NCBI GenBank assembly: GCA_963803435.1
Contig: CAWDML010000001.1
Location: 736,001-800,000 of the forward strand
Direction of reading: 5' to 3'
DNA length: 64,000 nucleotides
Source: an uncultured delta proteobacterium
GTDB taxonomy: Bacteria; Myxococcota; Kuafuiibacteriia; Kuafuiibacteriales; Kuafuiibacteriaceae
Positions 53,724 through 63,831 of the stretch are shown here, one piece after another; positions within the stretch are counted from its first letter, which is position 1; every line of letters starts with the position of its first letter. The position numbers and the translations under genes are program-made. The notes beneath the pieces are model-generated. The model saw only the letters and a program-made list of their open reading frames with translations. It was not told the origin of the DNA and did not search any database.

Positions 53724-54385
53724 CGATCCACCCAGCGGACGATCTCGTCGATGGCAGCCGCAGCGTCCGACCAGGCGCCGAACCGACCGACGACGGCCAC
53801 CGAAAGATCGGGGCTCAGACGGCGGAGGGCGTCGGCGTTCGTGCCGGTGGACGCGTCGGGCTGTGCCGGCGCCGAGAGGACGACGCCGACCGCCGAGCGT
53901 CCCAGGGCCTCCAGCGTCAGGAGCGTGTGGTTGATCGTGCCGAGCTTGTCCGCGGCCACCACCAGCGCGCGGCCCTGGGTGGTGAGGATGAGGTCCCTGA
54001 GATTCGAGCGCCAGGTCAGCGGTGAGAGCAGACCGCCCGCGCCCTCCACCACCACCAGCTCGTGGTCCTCGCTCAGCCGCTCGATCGTCTCGCGCCAGGT
54101 GTCGAGCGAGAGGCGCACCCCCTCGACCTCCGCAGCCACTGGAGGCGCCACCGGCCTGAGAAGTCGGGTCAGCGCGGCGCGCGGCGAGGCCTGACCGCTG
54201 GCCGCCGCCAGGATCGCACCATCCTCCTCCGGCGCGATTGCGACGCCGCATCCGGTCTCGACCGGCTTGATGCCGACGACCCGCTGGCCCTTGTCCGCGA
54301 GGGCCCGGAGCAGCGCGGCCGCCACGAAGGTCTTTCCGACGCCGGTGTCCGTGCCGGTGACGAACAGGATCCGCTCAGGTTGCAT
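53720..54385 (-). CDS. bioD: Dethiobiotin synthase
   Basis: TGTDTGVGKT, KPVETG, VEGAGG, LGTINHT. Confidence 0.94.
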   Translation of the reverse strand: MQPERILFVTGTDTGVGKTFVAAALLRALADKGQRVVGIKPVETGCGVAIAPEEDGAILAAASGQASPRAALTRLLRPVAPPVAAEVEGVRLSLDTWRETIERLSEDHELVVVEGAGGLLSPLTWRSNLRDLILTTQGRALVVAADKLGTINHTLLTLEALGRSAVGVVLSAPAQPDASTGTNADALRRLSPDLSVAVVGRFGAWSDAAAAIDEIVRWVDR

Positions 54386-55679
54386 CCGCCTGCTCTTCGG
54401 TGATCCCGTGGACGACGGCGTCGACGATGGTCTCGAGCTCCTCCTCGGTGATCGACAGCGGCGGCATGATCACGAGCGTGTCTCCGAGGGGTCGCAGGAA
54501 CACGCCCAGCTCACGCGCGCGACGACAGACCCGATACCCGCGACGAAGGGTCGGCGCCTCACTCGCCAGATCGATGCCGGCCGCCAGCCCGTAGTGGCGG
54601 ACCGCGGCCACGCCCGGAAGCGCACGCACGCGCTCGAGCGCCCGTGCCAGGCGCGCGATCTTCGGCGCCAGACGCTCGATCACCTGCTCCTTCTCGAAGA
54701 GATCGAGCGTGGCCAGCGCGGCGGCGGCCCCGAGCGCGTTGCCCGTGTAGGTGTGCCCGTGGAAGAACGTGCGGCCCTCCGACGGCGGTCCGAGGAACGC
54801 GTCGAAGATCCGTCGCGTCGCCAGCGTGGCGGCCAGCGGGAGGTAGCCGCCGGTGAGCCCCTTCGCGATGCAGAGGAGATCGGGCGTCACGCCCTCTCGC
54901 TCACACGCGAACATGCGTCCCGATCGACCCATCCCCACCGCGACCTCGTCGAACACCAGGAGCACGTCCTCGCGCCGGCACAGCTCGGCGACACGCAAAA
55001 GATAGCCATCCGGATAGGTCGCGATCCCGCCGGCGCCCTGGAACCCCGGCTCGAGCACCACAGCCGCCAGCTCGCCGTGGTGGCGCTCGAACAGGTGCTC
55101 GAAGCCGGCGAGCGCCCCGGGCGCGCTCGGCGCCGGCGCGCGCACGACGTCGAACAGCAACGGTCCGAAGCGACTGTGGAACAGATCAATCCCACCGATC
55201 GACACGGCGCCCACGGTGTCACCGCTGTAGCCGTTGGCGAGCGCGAGGAAGCGCTTGCGGCGGGGCGCTCCGGTCTGCTGCCAGAACTGGAGCGCCATCT
55301 TGATGGCGACCTCCACGGCCGTCGACCCGTCGTCGGAGAAGAAGACCTTCTCGAGCGGAGCCGGCGCCAGCTCCGCGAGGCGCTTGGCGAGGAGCACCGC
55401 CGGCACGCTGGCGTGCCCGAGGAGCGTGGCGTGCGCGATCCGTTCGAGCTGGGCGCGGATCGCGGCGTCGATCTCGCGCTTCTGGTGGCCGAAGACGTTG
55501 CACCAGAGGGAAGCGACGCCGTCGAGGTAGCGGCGGCCGTCCACGTCGATGAGGTAATTGCCTTCGCCACGCTCGATGAGCAGCGGCTCCTCCTCGCGGT
55601 ACACCGAGTGGGGCGTGAACGGATGCCAAAGGTGGGCGTCGTCAAACGCCTCGAGCTCACGCCGGGAGAAGCTCACCAC
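54375..55679 (-). CDS. bioA: Adenosylmethionine-8-amino-7-oxononanoate aminotransferase
   Basis: LWHPFT, SLWCNVFGH, SDDGSTAVEVAIKMA, FDEVAVG, AKGLTGG, FHGHTYTGN. Confidence 0.94.
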   Translation of the reverse strand: MVSFSRRELEAFDDAHLWHPFTPHSVYREEEPLLIERGEGNYLIDVDGRRYLDGVASLWCNVFGHQKREIDAAIRAQLERIAHATLLGHASVPAVLLAKRLAELAPAPLEKVFFSDDGSTAVEVAIKMALQFWQQTGAPRRKRFLALANGYSGDTVGAVSIGGIDLFHSRFGPLLFDVVRAPAPSAPGALAGFEHLFERHHGELAAVVLEPGFQGAGGIATYPDGYLLRVAELCRREDVLLVFDEVAVGMGRSGRMFACEREGVTPDLLCIAKGLTGGYLPLAATLATRRIFDAFLGPPSEGRTFFHGHTYTGNALGAAAALATLDLFEKEQVIERLAPKIARLARALERVRALPGVAAVRHYGLAAGIDLASEAPTLRRGYRVCRRARELGVFLRPLGDTLVIMPPLSITEEELETIVDAVVHGITEEQADAT

Positions 55680-56650
55680 GCCACCGCGCCCACGAAGCCC
55701 GCCTCTTCCAGCATCACCCAGTCGCTCTTGCTGCCCTGCCCCTCGGTGGTCAGGTAGCCGTTGGTGAAGAACGAGTTGGCCGCATAGAGCGCGAGCGGCT
55801 GGAGCGTACCCAGGCAGACCTCGCGACCTGCCGAGATGCGAACGTCACGGCTGGGATGGACGAAGCGGAACATCGCCAGCGCCTTGAGGCAGTCGACCGG
55901 CTTGAGCTTGCTGCGGACGCCGAGCGGTGTCCCCGGGCGTGGATTGAGGAAGTTCACCGGGACGCTCTCGACCTCGAGATCGCGGAGCGCGAACGCCAGA
56001 TCGATCCGATCCTCTGCGGTCTCACCCATCCCGAGGATGCCGCCGCAGCACGCCTCGAGCCCGGCCGCCTTCGCCGAACGGACCGTCGCCACGCGATCGT
56101 CCCACGCATGCGAGGTGACGATCTCGGGAAAGAAGCGCGCCGAGGTCTCGAGGTTGTGGTTGTAGCGATCGACCCCGGCGCCCGCCAGCGCTTCGGCCTG
56201 CGCCGGCTCGAGCAATCCGAGCGAAGTACAGATGCCCAGCTTGGGGAATTCGGACTTGATCCGGCGAACCGCGTCGCAGACGACGTCGAGCTCGGGCGCC
56301 GACGGCCCGCGCGTCGCGGTCACCATGCAGTACATCACGGCGCCGGCGCGCACGGCCCGCTGAGCGCCCTCGACCAGCTCCTCGGCGGTCTGCATCGCGT
56401 AGCGATCGACTTCGCTCGAGAAGCGCACGGACTGACTGCAAAAACCGCAGTCCTCCGGACAGGCGCCGCTCTTCGCGTTGCGCAGCATGTGAATGCGGAC
56501 GTTCCGCCCGTGGTGATGCCGGCGCACCCTGAAGGCGGCGTGCATCAGGAGCAGCAGGTCGTCCTCGGGTGCATCGAGCACTGCCGCGGCTTCCTCCCGC
56601 GTGATGGGATGCCCATTCAGGACCTCGTCGGCCAGCTCGTTCCAATCCAT
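55673..56650 (-). CDS. bioB: Biotin synthase
   Basis: CPEDCGFCSQS, YNHNLET, CCGGILG, SVPVNFL, GNY-like TNGYLTT; alternative TTG start at 56692. Confidence 0.95.
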   Translation of the reverse strand: MDWNELADEVLNGHPITREEAAAVLDAPEDDLLLLMHAAFRVRRHHHGRNVRIHMLRNAKSGACPEDCGFCSQSVRFSSEVDRYAMQTAEELVEGAQRAVRAGAVMYCMVTATRGPSAPELDVVCDAVRRIKSEFPKLGICTSLGLLEPAQAEALAGAGVDRYNHNLETSARFFPEIVTSHAWDDRVATVRSAKAAGLEACCGGILGMGETAEDRIDLAFALRDLEVESVPVNFLNPRPGTPLGVRSKLKPVDCLKALAMFRFVHPSRDVRISAGREVCLGTLQPLALYAANSFFTNGYLTTEGQGSKSDWVMLEEAGFVGAVAW

Positions 56651-56688
56651 CTCGGCGCGGCCGGCGTACCGTTCGCGGTCGAGCGGAG

Positions 56689-59600
56689 TCAACCGCTGGT
56701 GTCGAACAGGGCTTTGGTGAGATTTGCCGCCTTGGTCGCCGTCAGCTTGGCGGCAATCGCGCTCGCCGTCCGGTCGAAGGGGCGCGCGAACAGGGCCGAC
56801 GCTCGGTGCTCGAGCTCGGCGTCGCCCGCCACTTTCGCGAGGATGAAGGCTCCCAACCCCAGGTCTGGGTCGGGCACCAGCCTCGCGCGTGAGACCGCCT
56901 CCGCCAGCGCCGGCTGGCTCTTCACCGCCGCGATCGCGCCAGTGTCACCGCGGATCGAGAGGTCGTAGAGCGTGAGCGCGACCCCGAGCTCCCGGCTGTT
57001 CTCGTCGAGCGCGGTGGCCAGGCTGGGGCTCGTCTTCATCGCCGCCAGCGCCGCCACCCGCATCATGACGGCGGCGCGCGTCCATCCCAGATCGAACCCG
57101 TCCCAGGTTCGCTCCGCATCGTCCAGGCAGTCCGCTGCTCGCTGGGCGTCCTCCAGCGCGTTCGTCATCACGGCTCGCCGATCGAACACGTTCGCTTGCA
57201 GGACCTGGATCGCCGCGATCGTGGGGGCGTGCTTCTTCTTCCGGGCGCGCTGGAGGAGACCGTCGAGACGCGCGAGGTCGGCCTCGAAGGAGGCGAGGAT
57301 CCGCGTGTCCTGATCGCGGCGGACGAACTGCGCCATCCGCTCCGCGATCTGCGTCGTATCCACGCGCCTCAGGTTCGCCAGGCGCTGCTCCAGCTCGGAC
57401 AGCATCTGCAGGTCGTGGAGCAGCGTCGCGCGGTCCAGCGCCCGCTCGTAGGCGTCGGTCCGCTCCGGCGCGAGCACCTCCTCCTGCCGAGACAAAGCCA
57501 GGCTCTTCGACAGCGACGCATCCTCGCGGACCGCCGCGTTCACCTGGTCGTGCAATCGGCCGCTGGCGAGCACCGAGAGGAGCTCCGAGGAATCGTTCGA
57601 CTGCAGGTGCAAGATCGAGCCGTCGATCCACTTGCCGACCACGTCGACCTCGCCCTTGTACTCGTACGCCGCCGCCAGGTTGCCGAGGACCAACGAGTTG
57701 TCCGGTTCCAGGCGGAGCGCCGCCTCGAGCCCGCTCACGGCCTTCTCGAGGAAATGCTCGTTGCCGGTGCAGAAGTAGCGGGCCTGGAAGGCGAGCGCGG
57801 CGTTGTTGGCGCTCGCGGAGTTGTGTGCAGCCTTCTGCTCGTAGATGGCGGCTGCCTTGGCGAACACCTTGTCGGCGGCCTCGGGCTTGCCGCTCTGGTA
57901 GAGGAGCCACGCCTCGACCTCGGCGCGCGATGCCACCACGTCCGGATCGTTCGACGTCACCTTCTGGAGCCAGGAGCGCTGCTCTTCCAGCGACGACGAC
58001 AGCAGGTAGAGCGTCTGTGCCGCATCGTTCCTCGCCGGACCGCTCGACTCGTCGAAAGCCCGCTGCGCGATCTCGCGGGCCTGCTTGATCAAGCCCAGCT
58101 CGCGGTATGCGTTCGCCACCTGGTTCGCGATCACGGGGTCGTGACCTTCCAGCAGCGCGGCGAGCTCTGAGTCTCCCTCCTCGGCGCGCCCGAGCCGGTG
58201 GTACACCTGCCCCAGCCCGAGGTGATACGCGGGCACGTCCTCCGCCTCCGCGCGGATGGCGAGGAAGACCTCCTCGGCGCGGGCCAGGAGTCGCGCCCGC
58301 TCGTCGCCGGAGACCTCGTTGGCGCGCCGCAGCTCCACCATCCCCAGCGTGACCGAGGCCGGCACCACGTCGCCGTAGGCTTCATACGCGGAGCGGAGCG
58401 CCAGGAGCCGCTCGTCCTGCGACTCCTGCTCCCCGACGTACTCGAAGAAGATCTTCGGTTGATCGTCCGGAGGCGCGGCGTCGAGCTTCGCGTTGATCTC
58501 CGCCGGGAGCGCGCCGCTCTTCGCTCGCTGGAGCATGGTCTCGCGGAACGATCTCACCGCCGCGGTGTACGCCTGGCGGGCGCCAGCGAACTGCGGCAGG
58601 CGCGCGCTCAGATAGGGATCGAGGACGGCCTCCGACTTCACCAGATCGCCCAGGTCGAGGTACAGGGCACCGAGCTGCATCTGCGCGTCGGGGACCAACC
58701 AGCCCGGCGTCCCCAGCCGCTCGAGCGTGTCGACGCCGAGCTGCGAGTGGCCTCGCCCTCGATGGATGATGGCGATCGCCACCGCGACCTCCTGATCTTC
58801 GGGGTCTCTCCTCGCCAGCGCGGCCAGGGCCTTCATCCCGCCCTTCTCCAGCAGGGCCCGCCGCTCCGGGGCCTCGCTGCGGGCGACCGCCGCCGCGACC
58901 GCATTCTCCACGCGCTCGTCGCGTCCGGCCGCGAGCCAGCGGTCGATCAGGCCACGATGCGCGGCCAGGAGGGAGGGATGCGCCAGCAGACGCGCCACGA
59001 CGGCGCCCGCCTTCTCGCGCGCGCCGGCCTCGAGGTAGCGCTCGAGCGCCGAGACTGGCCAGTTCTCCGCGAGGCGATCGCCCAGCGCCACCTGCAGCTC
59101 CTCACGTTTGGCCGCCACCTGTCGCTTGGCGGTGCTCGAGACGTCGCCGAGCTCGAGGATCTGCAAGGCAGCCTGCGGGTCATCGAGCTCGCCAGACCAG
59201 GCCGCCAGCTGGGTGCCCAGCGCCTCGCCCGCCGACGACTTCACCGGCTCGGGGAGCTGCCGGAAGCGCGTCGCCAGGCGCTCCGCCACGGCCCGATCCT
59301 TCGGAGCGAACGGCTTGGAGACGGTCTCCGCCTCGAGGCGAACGATCGCGCGCGCCGCCTCCTCCGCGAGCTCGGGCGAGCGCCACGCCTGATCGGCGGC
59401 CACCTGCGCATAGCGTTCGATCGCGCCGTCCCGGTCTCCGGCGGCGTCGTGCTCGCGCGCCTCCTCCATCGCGATCCGTCCCTTGCGCTGGGGCGAGTCG
59501 AGGTAACCCATCACCGCGGTGAAGGCGAGGAACAGCGCGGCGCCGGCCAGCAGGAGCTTCCGGTATCCCCGCGCGAACGGGCTGAGCCGCTCCTGGCCGA

Positions 59601-60276
59601 GGAACGAGAAGCGCCGGTTGCCGTGATCGATGATCCGATACGCCGTCAGTGGGAAGACCGGAACGAAGAGGAGCGCGATGCAGTAGGTGGCGACGTGCGA
59701 TCCGTCCGCCCACGGATCGCGATGGCCGTAGAGCGCGACCCCGCAGCCGTTGATCCGGGCCAGCGGCGGCGCGGAGGAGATCGGCTTGGGCGCCGCATAC
59801 CCGCGCTTGGCGGCCTCCCGTATCGCCTCGGTCTGTGCCTCCTTGGCGGCGCGCAGAAACGCGCGGTCGGAGCTCTTCTTGTTGCGGCGGAGCCAGCGCG
59901 CCCGCATCAACAGCGTGTAGCCGTCCATGTCGGCCTTGGCGGCCTCGAGGTCCGCGTCGCCCGGCATGATCGAGAGCGCGCGGCGGATCATCGACGCCGC
60001 TTCGTTCGTTCGACCGGCGGCGTGCAGCACGGCCGACATCTCCGCGCCCAGGAACGCGCCCATGGTTTGGAGCTGCACGCGGGCCGCCTCGTCGAGCTCC
60101 GGCCGCGACCGCACCACCTCCGCGAGCACCTCGGTCTCGATCCGCATCATCAACCCTGACACCTCCCGCTCCTGGGCGGCCCAGTCCTTCCTCGCCGGAT
60201 CCGGCTCCATGTCCTTGGCGTCGAGCAGACGGCCGATCTCTTCGAGGGTGGCGCGCAGCCGGGCGAGGTCCTGCAT
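56689..60276 (-). CDS. Large membrane-anchored TPR protein
   Basis: INGCGVALYG...ATYCIALLFVPVFPL membrane segment, second TM, many TPR-like helices (YHLGLGQVY, VLGNLAAAY). Confidence 0.72.
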   Translation of the reverse strand: MQDLARLRATLEEIGRLLDAKDMEPDPARKDWAAQEREVSGLMMRIETEVLAEVVRSRPELDEAARVQLQTMGAFLGAEMSAVLHAAGRTNEAASMIRRALSIMPGDADLEAAKADMDGYTLLMRARWLRRNKKSSDRAFLRAAKEAQTEAIREAAKRGYAAPKPISSAPPLARINGCGVALYGHRDPWADGSHVATYCIALLFVPVFPLTAYRIIDHGNRRFSFLGQERLSPFARGYRKLLLAGAALFLAFTAVMGYLDSPQRKGRIAMEEAREHDAAGDRDGAIERYAQVAADQAWRSPELAEEAARAIVRLEAETVSKPFAPKDRAVAERLATRFRQLPEPVKSSAGEALGTQLAAWSGELDDPQAALQILELGDVSSTAKRQVAAKREELQVALGDRLAENWPVSALERYLEAGAREKAGAVVARLLAHPSLLAAHRGLIDRWLAAGRDERVENAVAAAVARSEAPERRALLEKGGMKALAALARRDPEDQEVAVAIAIIHRGRGHSQLGVDTLERLGTPGWLVPDAQMQLGALYLDLGDLVKSEAVLDPYLSARLPQFAGARQAYTAAVRSFRETMLQRAKSGALPAEINAKLDAAPPDDQPKIFFEYVGEQESQDERLLALRSAYEAYGDVVPASVTLGMVELRRANEVSGDERARLLARAEEVFLAIRAEAEDVPAYHLGLGQVYHRLGRAEEGDSELAALLEGHDPVIANQVANAYRELGLIKQAREIAQRAFDESSGPARNDAAQTLYLLSSSLEEQRSWLQKVTSNDPDVVASRAEVEAWLLYQSGKPEAADKVFAKAAAIYEQKAAHNSASANNAALAFQARYFCTGNEHFLEKAVSGLEAALRLEPDNSLVLGNLAAAYEYKGEVDVVGKWIDGSILHLQSNDSSELLSVLASGRLHDQVNAAVREDASLSKSLALSRQEEVLAPERTDAYERALDRATLLHDLQMLSELEQRLANLRRVDTTQIAERMAQFVRRDQDTRILASFEADLARLDGLLQRARKKKHAPTIAAIQVLQANVFDRRAVMTNALEDAQRAADCLDDAERTWDGFDLGWTRAAVMMRVAALAAMKTSPSLATALDENSRELGVALTLYDLSIRGDTGAIAAVKSQPALAEAVSRARLVPDPDLGLGAFILAKVAGDAELEHRASALFARPFDRTASAIAAKLTATKAANLTKALFDTSG

Positions 60277-60323
60277 AGGAGCGGATTTACGTAGGCGGCC
60301 CGAAAAATCTACCCTCGCATGTC

Positions 60324-60920
60324 GTGGAGACACCGTTTGCGATCGCCGACCGCGCCTTCGCGGCCGCCCATACTGAAGACCCGCGGCCGCACGCCGAGGG
60401 CGGAACCTGGTCCGCCCACTATCACGCCCGCCTGGCCCACTGGATCGAGGTCCTCGATCCCCACGCTTCCCTCCCGCTTCGGCTGGCCGCGCGAGCTGCC
60501 CACATTCGGCGCTGGACCGTACCTCGCGACAGCTACGACGCCGGCCGCTCGGGCTACAAGCGCTGGCGCTCCGAGCTCGCCCAGTACCACGCCGCCGAGG
60601 CGGGCCGCATCCTGGAGGAAGCGGGCTTCGAGCGGGACGTGATCGAGAAGGTGCAAGACATCTTGCAGAAGCGGCGGCTCAAGCAGGACCCGGACGTGCA
60701 GACGTTCGAGGACGGGCTGTGCATGGTGTTCCTCGAGAACGAGCTCGCTGACTTCGCGCGGAAGCACTCGCCCGAGAAGGTCGTCGAGATCATCCAGAAG
60801 ACGTGGGGCAAGATGTCCGAGCGCGGACACCGGACCGCTCTGGCGCTCGCGCCGTCGCTCCCCGCCGAGCTCCTCGCGCTGGTCGAGCGCGCCGTCGCGG
60901 GCGGCTCAGGCGGTCCGTGA
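60324..60920 (+). CDS. DUF4202 family protein
   Basis: AAHTEDP, LAARAAHIRRW..PR, GYKRWR, HA, QTFEDGLCMVFL, KTWGKMS. Confidence 0.85.
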   Translation: METPFAIADRAFAAAHTEDPRPHAEGGTWSAHYHARLAHWIEVLDPHASLPLRLAARAAHIRRWTVPRDSYDAGRSGYKRWRSELAQYHAAEAGRILEEAGFERDVIEKVQDILQKRRLKQDPDVQTFEDGLCMVFLENELADFARKHSPEKVVEIIQKTWGKMSERGHRTALALAPSLPAELLALVERAVAGGSGGP

Positions 60921-60933
60921 CCGGCGGTGCCTC

Positions 60934-62292
60934 TCAGCCGGCGAGCCGGCGCGCCACCGTGCGATAGCGGGCCATGACCGCCTCCCGATCGGCGTGCAGA
61001 CCGTCCGTCACCACGCGCTTGCCGGCGACCCAGACCTCGCGGATCGCGCCCTTGGCGGCGCCGAAGATCCAGGCATCGATCGCGCCGTCGAGCGTGCGGC
61101 CCACCAGGCGGGGATGGTCGAGATCGAGCGCGACCAGGTCGGCGCGACAGCCCGGCGCGATCGCGCCTGCCGGCTGGGCGAGGGCCTGGGCGCCGCCGCG
61201 GGCGGCCTGCTCGAGGAGATGGCGGCCCACCCGCCCCTGCTCGTCCTTCAAGAGGTTGCGGCGCTCGTGGATCAAGCGCTGGCCGTACTCGAGCAGTCGG
61301 AGCTCCTCCGCGATATCGACACTCACGTGGCTGTCGCTGCCGATCCCGAAGCGCCCGTTCGCGGCCGCATAGGCCGGCGCGGGAAAGATGCCGTCGCCGA
61401 GGTTGGCCTCGGTGGTCGGACACAGGCCGGCAACCGCGCCGCTCGCCGCCACACTCGCCAGCTCGTCCGGGTCCGCGTGCGTGGCGTGCACGAGGCACCA
61501 GCGAGCGTCGAGGCCGATCTCGTCGAGGAGCCAGCGGATCGGGCGAGCGCCGAGGGCTGCGATCGCCTCCTCCACCTCGAGCCGCTGCTCCGCCACGTGG
61601 ATGTGGATCGGGAGCGCCCGATCGATCCCGTCGATCGCCTCGACCAGCTCTGGACGTCCGACGGCCCGCAAGCTGTGGGGCGCGATCCCCACCCGCGCCA
61701 GCGGATCCGAGCGGGCCGCCTCCGTCGCGCGCTCGACCAGCCGGAGAAACGCGGGCACTCCGTCGCTGGTGAATCGGCGCTGGCGCTCGAGCGCGGGGAC
61801 ACCGAAGCCGCCGTATCGGTACAACACGGGGAGGATCGTGATCGCGATCCCCACCGATCGCGCCGCGGCCAGCAGGCGCGCGCTGTTCTCCGCGGGATCG
61901 TCGTAGGGCACGCCCCCGGGACCGTGATGGAGATAGTGAAACTCGCCGACGCCGGTCATTCCGGCCTCGAGCATCTCGAGGAAGAGCATCTCCGCGATCG
62001 CAAAGAGATCGTCCGGCGTCACCGCGTGCGCCAGCGCGTACATCCGCGTGCGCCAGGTCCAGAACGAATCGACCTGCCCGGGATCGGCGTGCTCGGTCGC
62101 GCCCACCATCGCCCGCTGGAACGCGTGTGAATGCAGGTTGGCTACACCCGGGATCACGACGCCCGAGAGGCGCGTCTCCTCGTGACCCTCGTCCTCGATC
62201 GCCGTGACGAACCCGCGCGCGTCGATGGAGAGATACGCGGGCGAACGCCAGCCGCCGGGCGTCAGGCAGTGCTCCGCCCTCACGACCTGCAC
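60934..62292 (-). CDS. hutF: Formimidoylglutamate deiminase
   Basis: NLHSHAFQRAM, SFWTWR, GEFHYLH, APHSLRAV, HIHVAEQ, CPTTEANLGDG, GSDSH. Confidence 0.93.
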   Translation of the reverse strand: MQVVRAEHCLTPGGWRSPAYLSIDARGFVTAIEDEGHEETRLSGVVIPGVANLHSHAFQRAMVGATEHADPGQVDSFWTWRTRMYALAHAVTPDDLFAIAEMLFLEMLEAGMTGVGEFHYLHHGPGGVPYDDPAENSARLLAAARSVGIAITILPVLYRYGGFGVPALERQRRFTSDGVPAFLRLVERATEAARSDPLARVGIAPHSLRAVGRPELVEAIDGIDRALPIHIHVAEQRLEVEEAIAALGARPIRWLLDEIGLDARWCLVHATHADPDELASVAASGAVAGLCPTTEANLGDGIFPAPAYAAANGRFGIGSDSHVSVDIAEELRLLEYGQRLIHERRNLLKDEQGRVGRHLLEQAARGGAQALAQPAGAIAPGCRADLVALDLDHPRLVGRTLDGAIDAWIFGAAKGAIREVWVAGKRVVTDGLHADREAVMARYRTVARRLAG

Positions 62293-62352
62293 GGCGGCAG
62301 CCTATCAGAAATCCGAGGCACCCGGCCGAGTTGAAACACGGTACAGAGACGG

Positions 62353-63711
62353 ATGCGCCGGAGCTGGGTCCTCGCTCTCTTCCTGAACCTCGCGTGCAAC
62401 ACACGCGATCAGCCACCGGGTACCCGGGACGACGCGGGGACCGACGCCGGCACCTCCGACAGCGGGACCCGCGACGGCGGGACCGAGCAGGCGGGCGATC
62501 CGATCCTCGAGCGGACGCCCGACCTCCGCTACGACTGTGCGGCTGCGCTGCCGGCCACCCGCCCGGAGAACCGAAGCTGGGCGGGCGACAGCTGGACGTA
62601 CGATCTCGTGACCGTCGGCAACGACATCATGTTCGGTCGCATCGAGCGCGAAGGCGATCCGATCGGCATTCCCGCGGAGGTGTACCCCCGGCTGTCGACG
62701 CTCTCCGCCGACGGCACCTTCGGCGCTACGCTCGCGCTCCCGATCCCCTCGCCCGTCGACGTACAGTCGGTGGCGCTCGCGTCGGTCCAGAGCGATCTTC
62801 TGTTCGCCTACGCGACGAACAGCGGCGCCCAGATCCTCCACGTCGCGGGCTCCACGATCGATGCGCCCCAGGTGCTGTTCGCGGTGACCGGCACGCCCCA
62901 GCGCATCGAGCTCGCCACGCGGGACGACGGCGGCGTCGCGCTGTACGGCTCGTACGGGCTCGACAATCGGATCACGTATCTGCTCCGCCCCATCGATCCG
63001 ACCGGTGCGCCCACCGGCCCCTCGTTCGAGGTGGTTCGCTCAACGCGTGCGTTCCTCGACCCGGCCGCCAACGTGATCGCGACCGCCAGCGGGTACGCGG
63101 TGGCGTGGCGCGACGTGGTCGGAGAATCGGGCGAGATCTACCTGCGTCTCTTCGACACCGCCGGCCAGCCCACCGGCGATACCCAGACGATCTACACGCC
63201 GGATCCGAGCCACCTCGCCGGCTATCCCACGGGCTTCAGCGGGACCGCGATCCCGCTCCTCGAGACTGACTCCGGGTTCCTCATCGGCTGGGTCGAGAGC
63301 GTGCTCGGAGGCGAGACGAGCGGAGCGTTCTCGATGGTGGCGCTCGCGAAGCTGGACGCCGGCGGTCACCCGCTCGGAGCGCCGGTGCTCCTCAGGTCGC
63401 CCGAGCTCGAGATCGATTACGTGGAGCCGGAGCTGTTCCACCACGGCGATGCGGTGGGCCTCGCGTGGAGCCGGGGCGATCACATCTACATCTGCGCGGG
63501 CTGCGTGCCCGACCACTCGATCCACATGGTACTCCTGGATCCAGCGCTCCTGATCCCGATCAGCGAGGTCGCCCGGATCGATCCCGGACAGGGCGGCCTC
63601 CTCTATCGGGTGACCGCCTCGAACGGCACGGACATCGTCACCGCGTTCCGCCGCGTCTTCCACGTCACCAGCGAGGGCGCGATCGGATCGTTCCGCTGCA
63701 CGCCGCGCTAG
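62353..63711 (+). CDS. Hypothetical lipoprotein (beta-rich)
   Basis: NLAC lipobox, DAGT/DSGT/DGGT linker, YAVAW..IYLRLFD repeats. Confidence 0.65.
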   Translation: MRRSWVLALFLNLACNTRDQPPGTRDDAGTDAGTSDSGTRDGGTEQAGDPILERTPDLRYDCAAALPATRPENRSWAGDSWTYDLVTVGNDIMFGRIEREGDPIGIPAEVYPRLSTLSADGTFGATLALPIPSPVDVQSVALASVQSDLLFAYATNSGAQILHVAGSTIDAPQVLFAVTGTPQRIELATRDDGGVALYGSYGLDNRITYLLRPIDPTGAPTGPSFEVVRSTRAFLDPAANVIATASGYAVAWRDVVGESGEIYLRLFDTAGQPTGDTQTIYTPDPSHLAGYPTGFSGTAIPLLETDSGFLIGWVESVLGGETSGAFSMVALAKLDAGGHPLGAPVLLRSPELEIDYVEPELFHHGDAVGLAWSRGDHIYICAGCVPDHSIHMVLLDPALLIPISEVARIDPGQGGLLYRVTASNGTDIVTAFRRVFHVTSEGAIGSFRCTPR

Positions 63712-63782
63712 GTTTGCTTGGCGGACGCCAGCGTGAAAAGGCTTCACGGAGGTGTATCAGGCGCTGGTGGCGGTTCCCGGCC

Positions 63783-63819
63783 GTCGACAGTCGAGAGGTC
63801 GACAGTCGAGAGTTGAGAG
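63783..63819 (+). repeat. Degenerate heptamer tandem repeat
   Basis: GTCGACA-GTCGAGA-G-GTCGACA-GTCGAGA-GTTGAGA (15-bp unit exactly duplicated). Confidence 0.65.
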
Positions 63820-63831
63820 GGTGCGGAGCCT

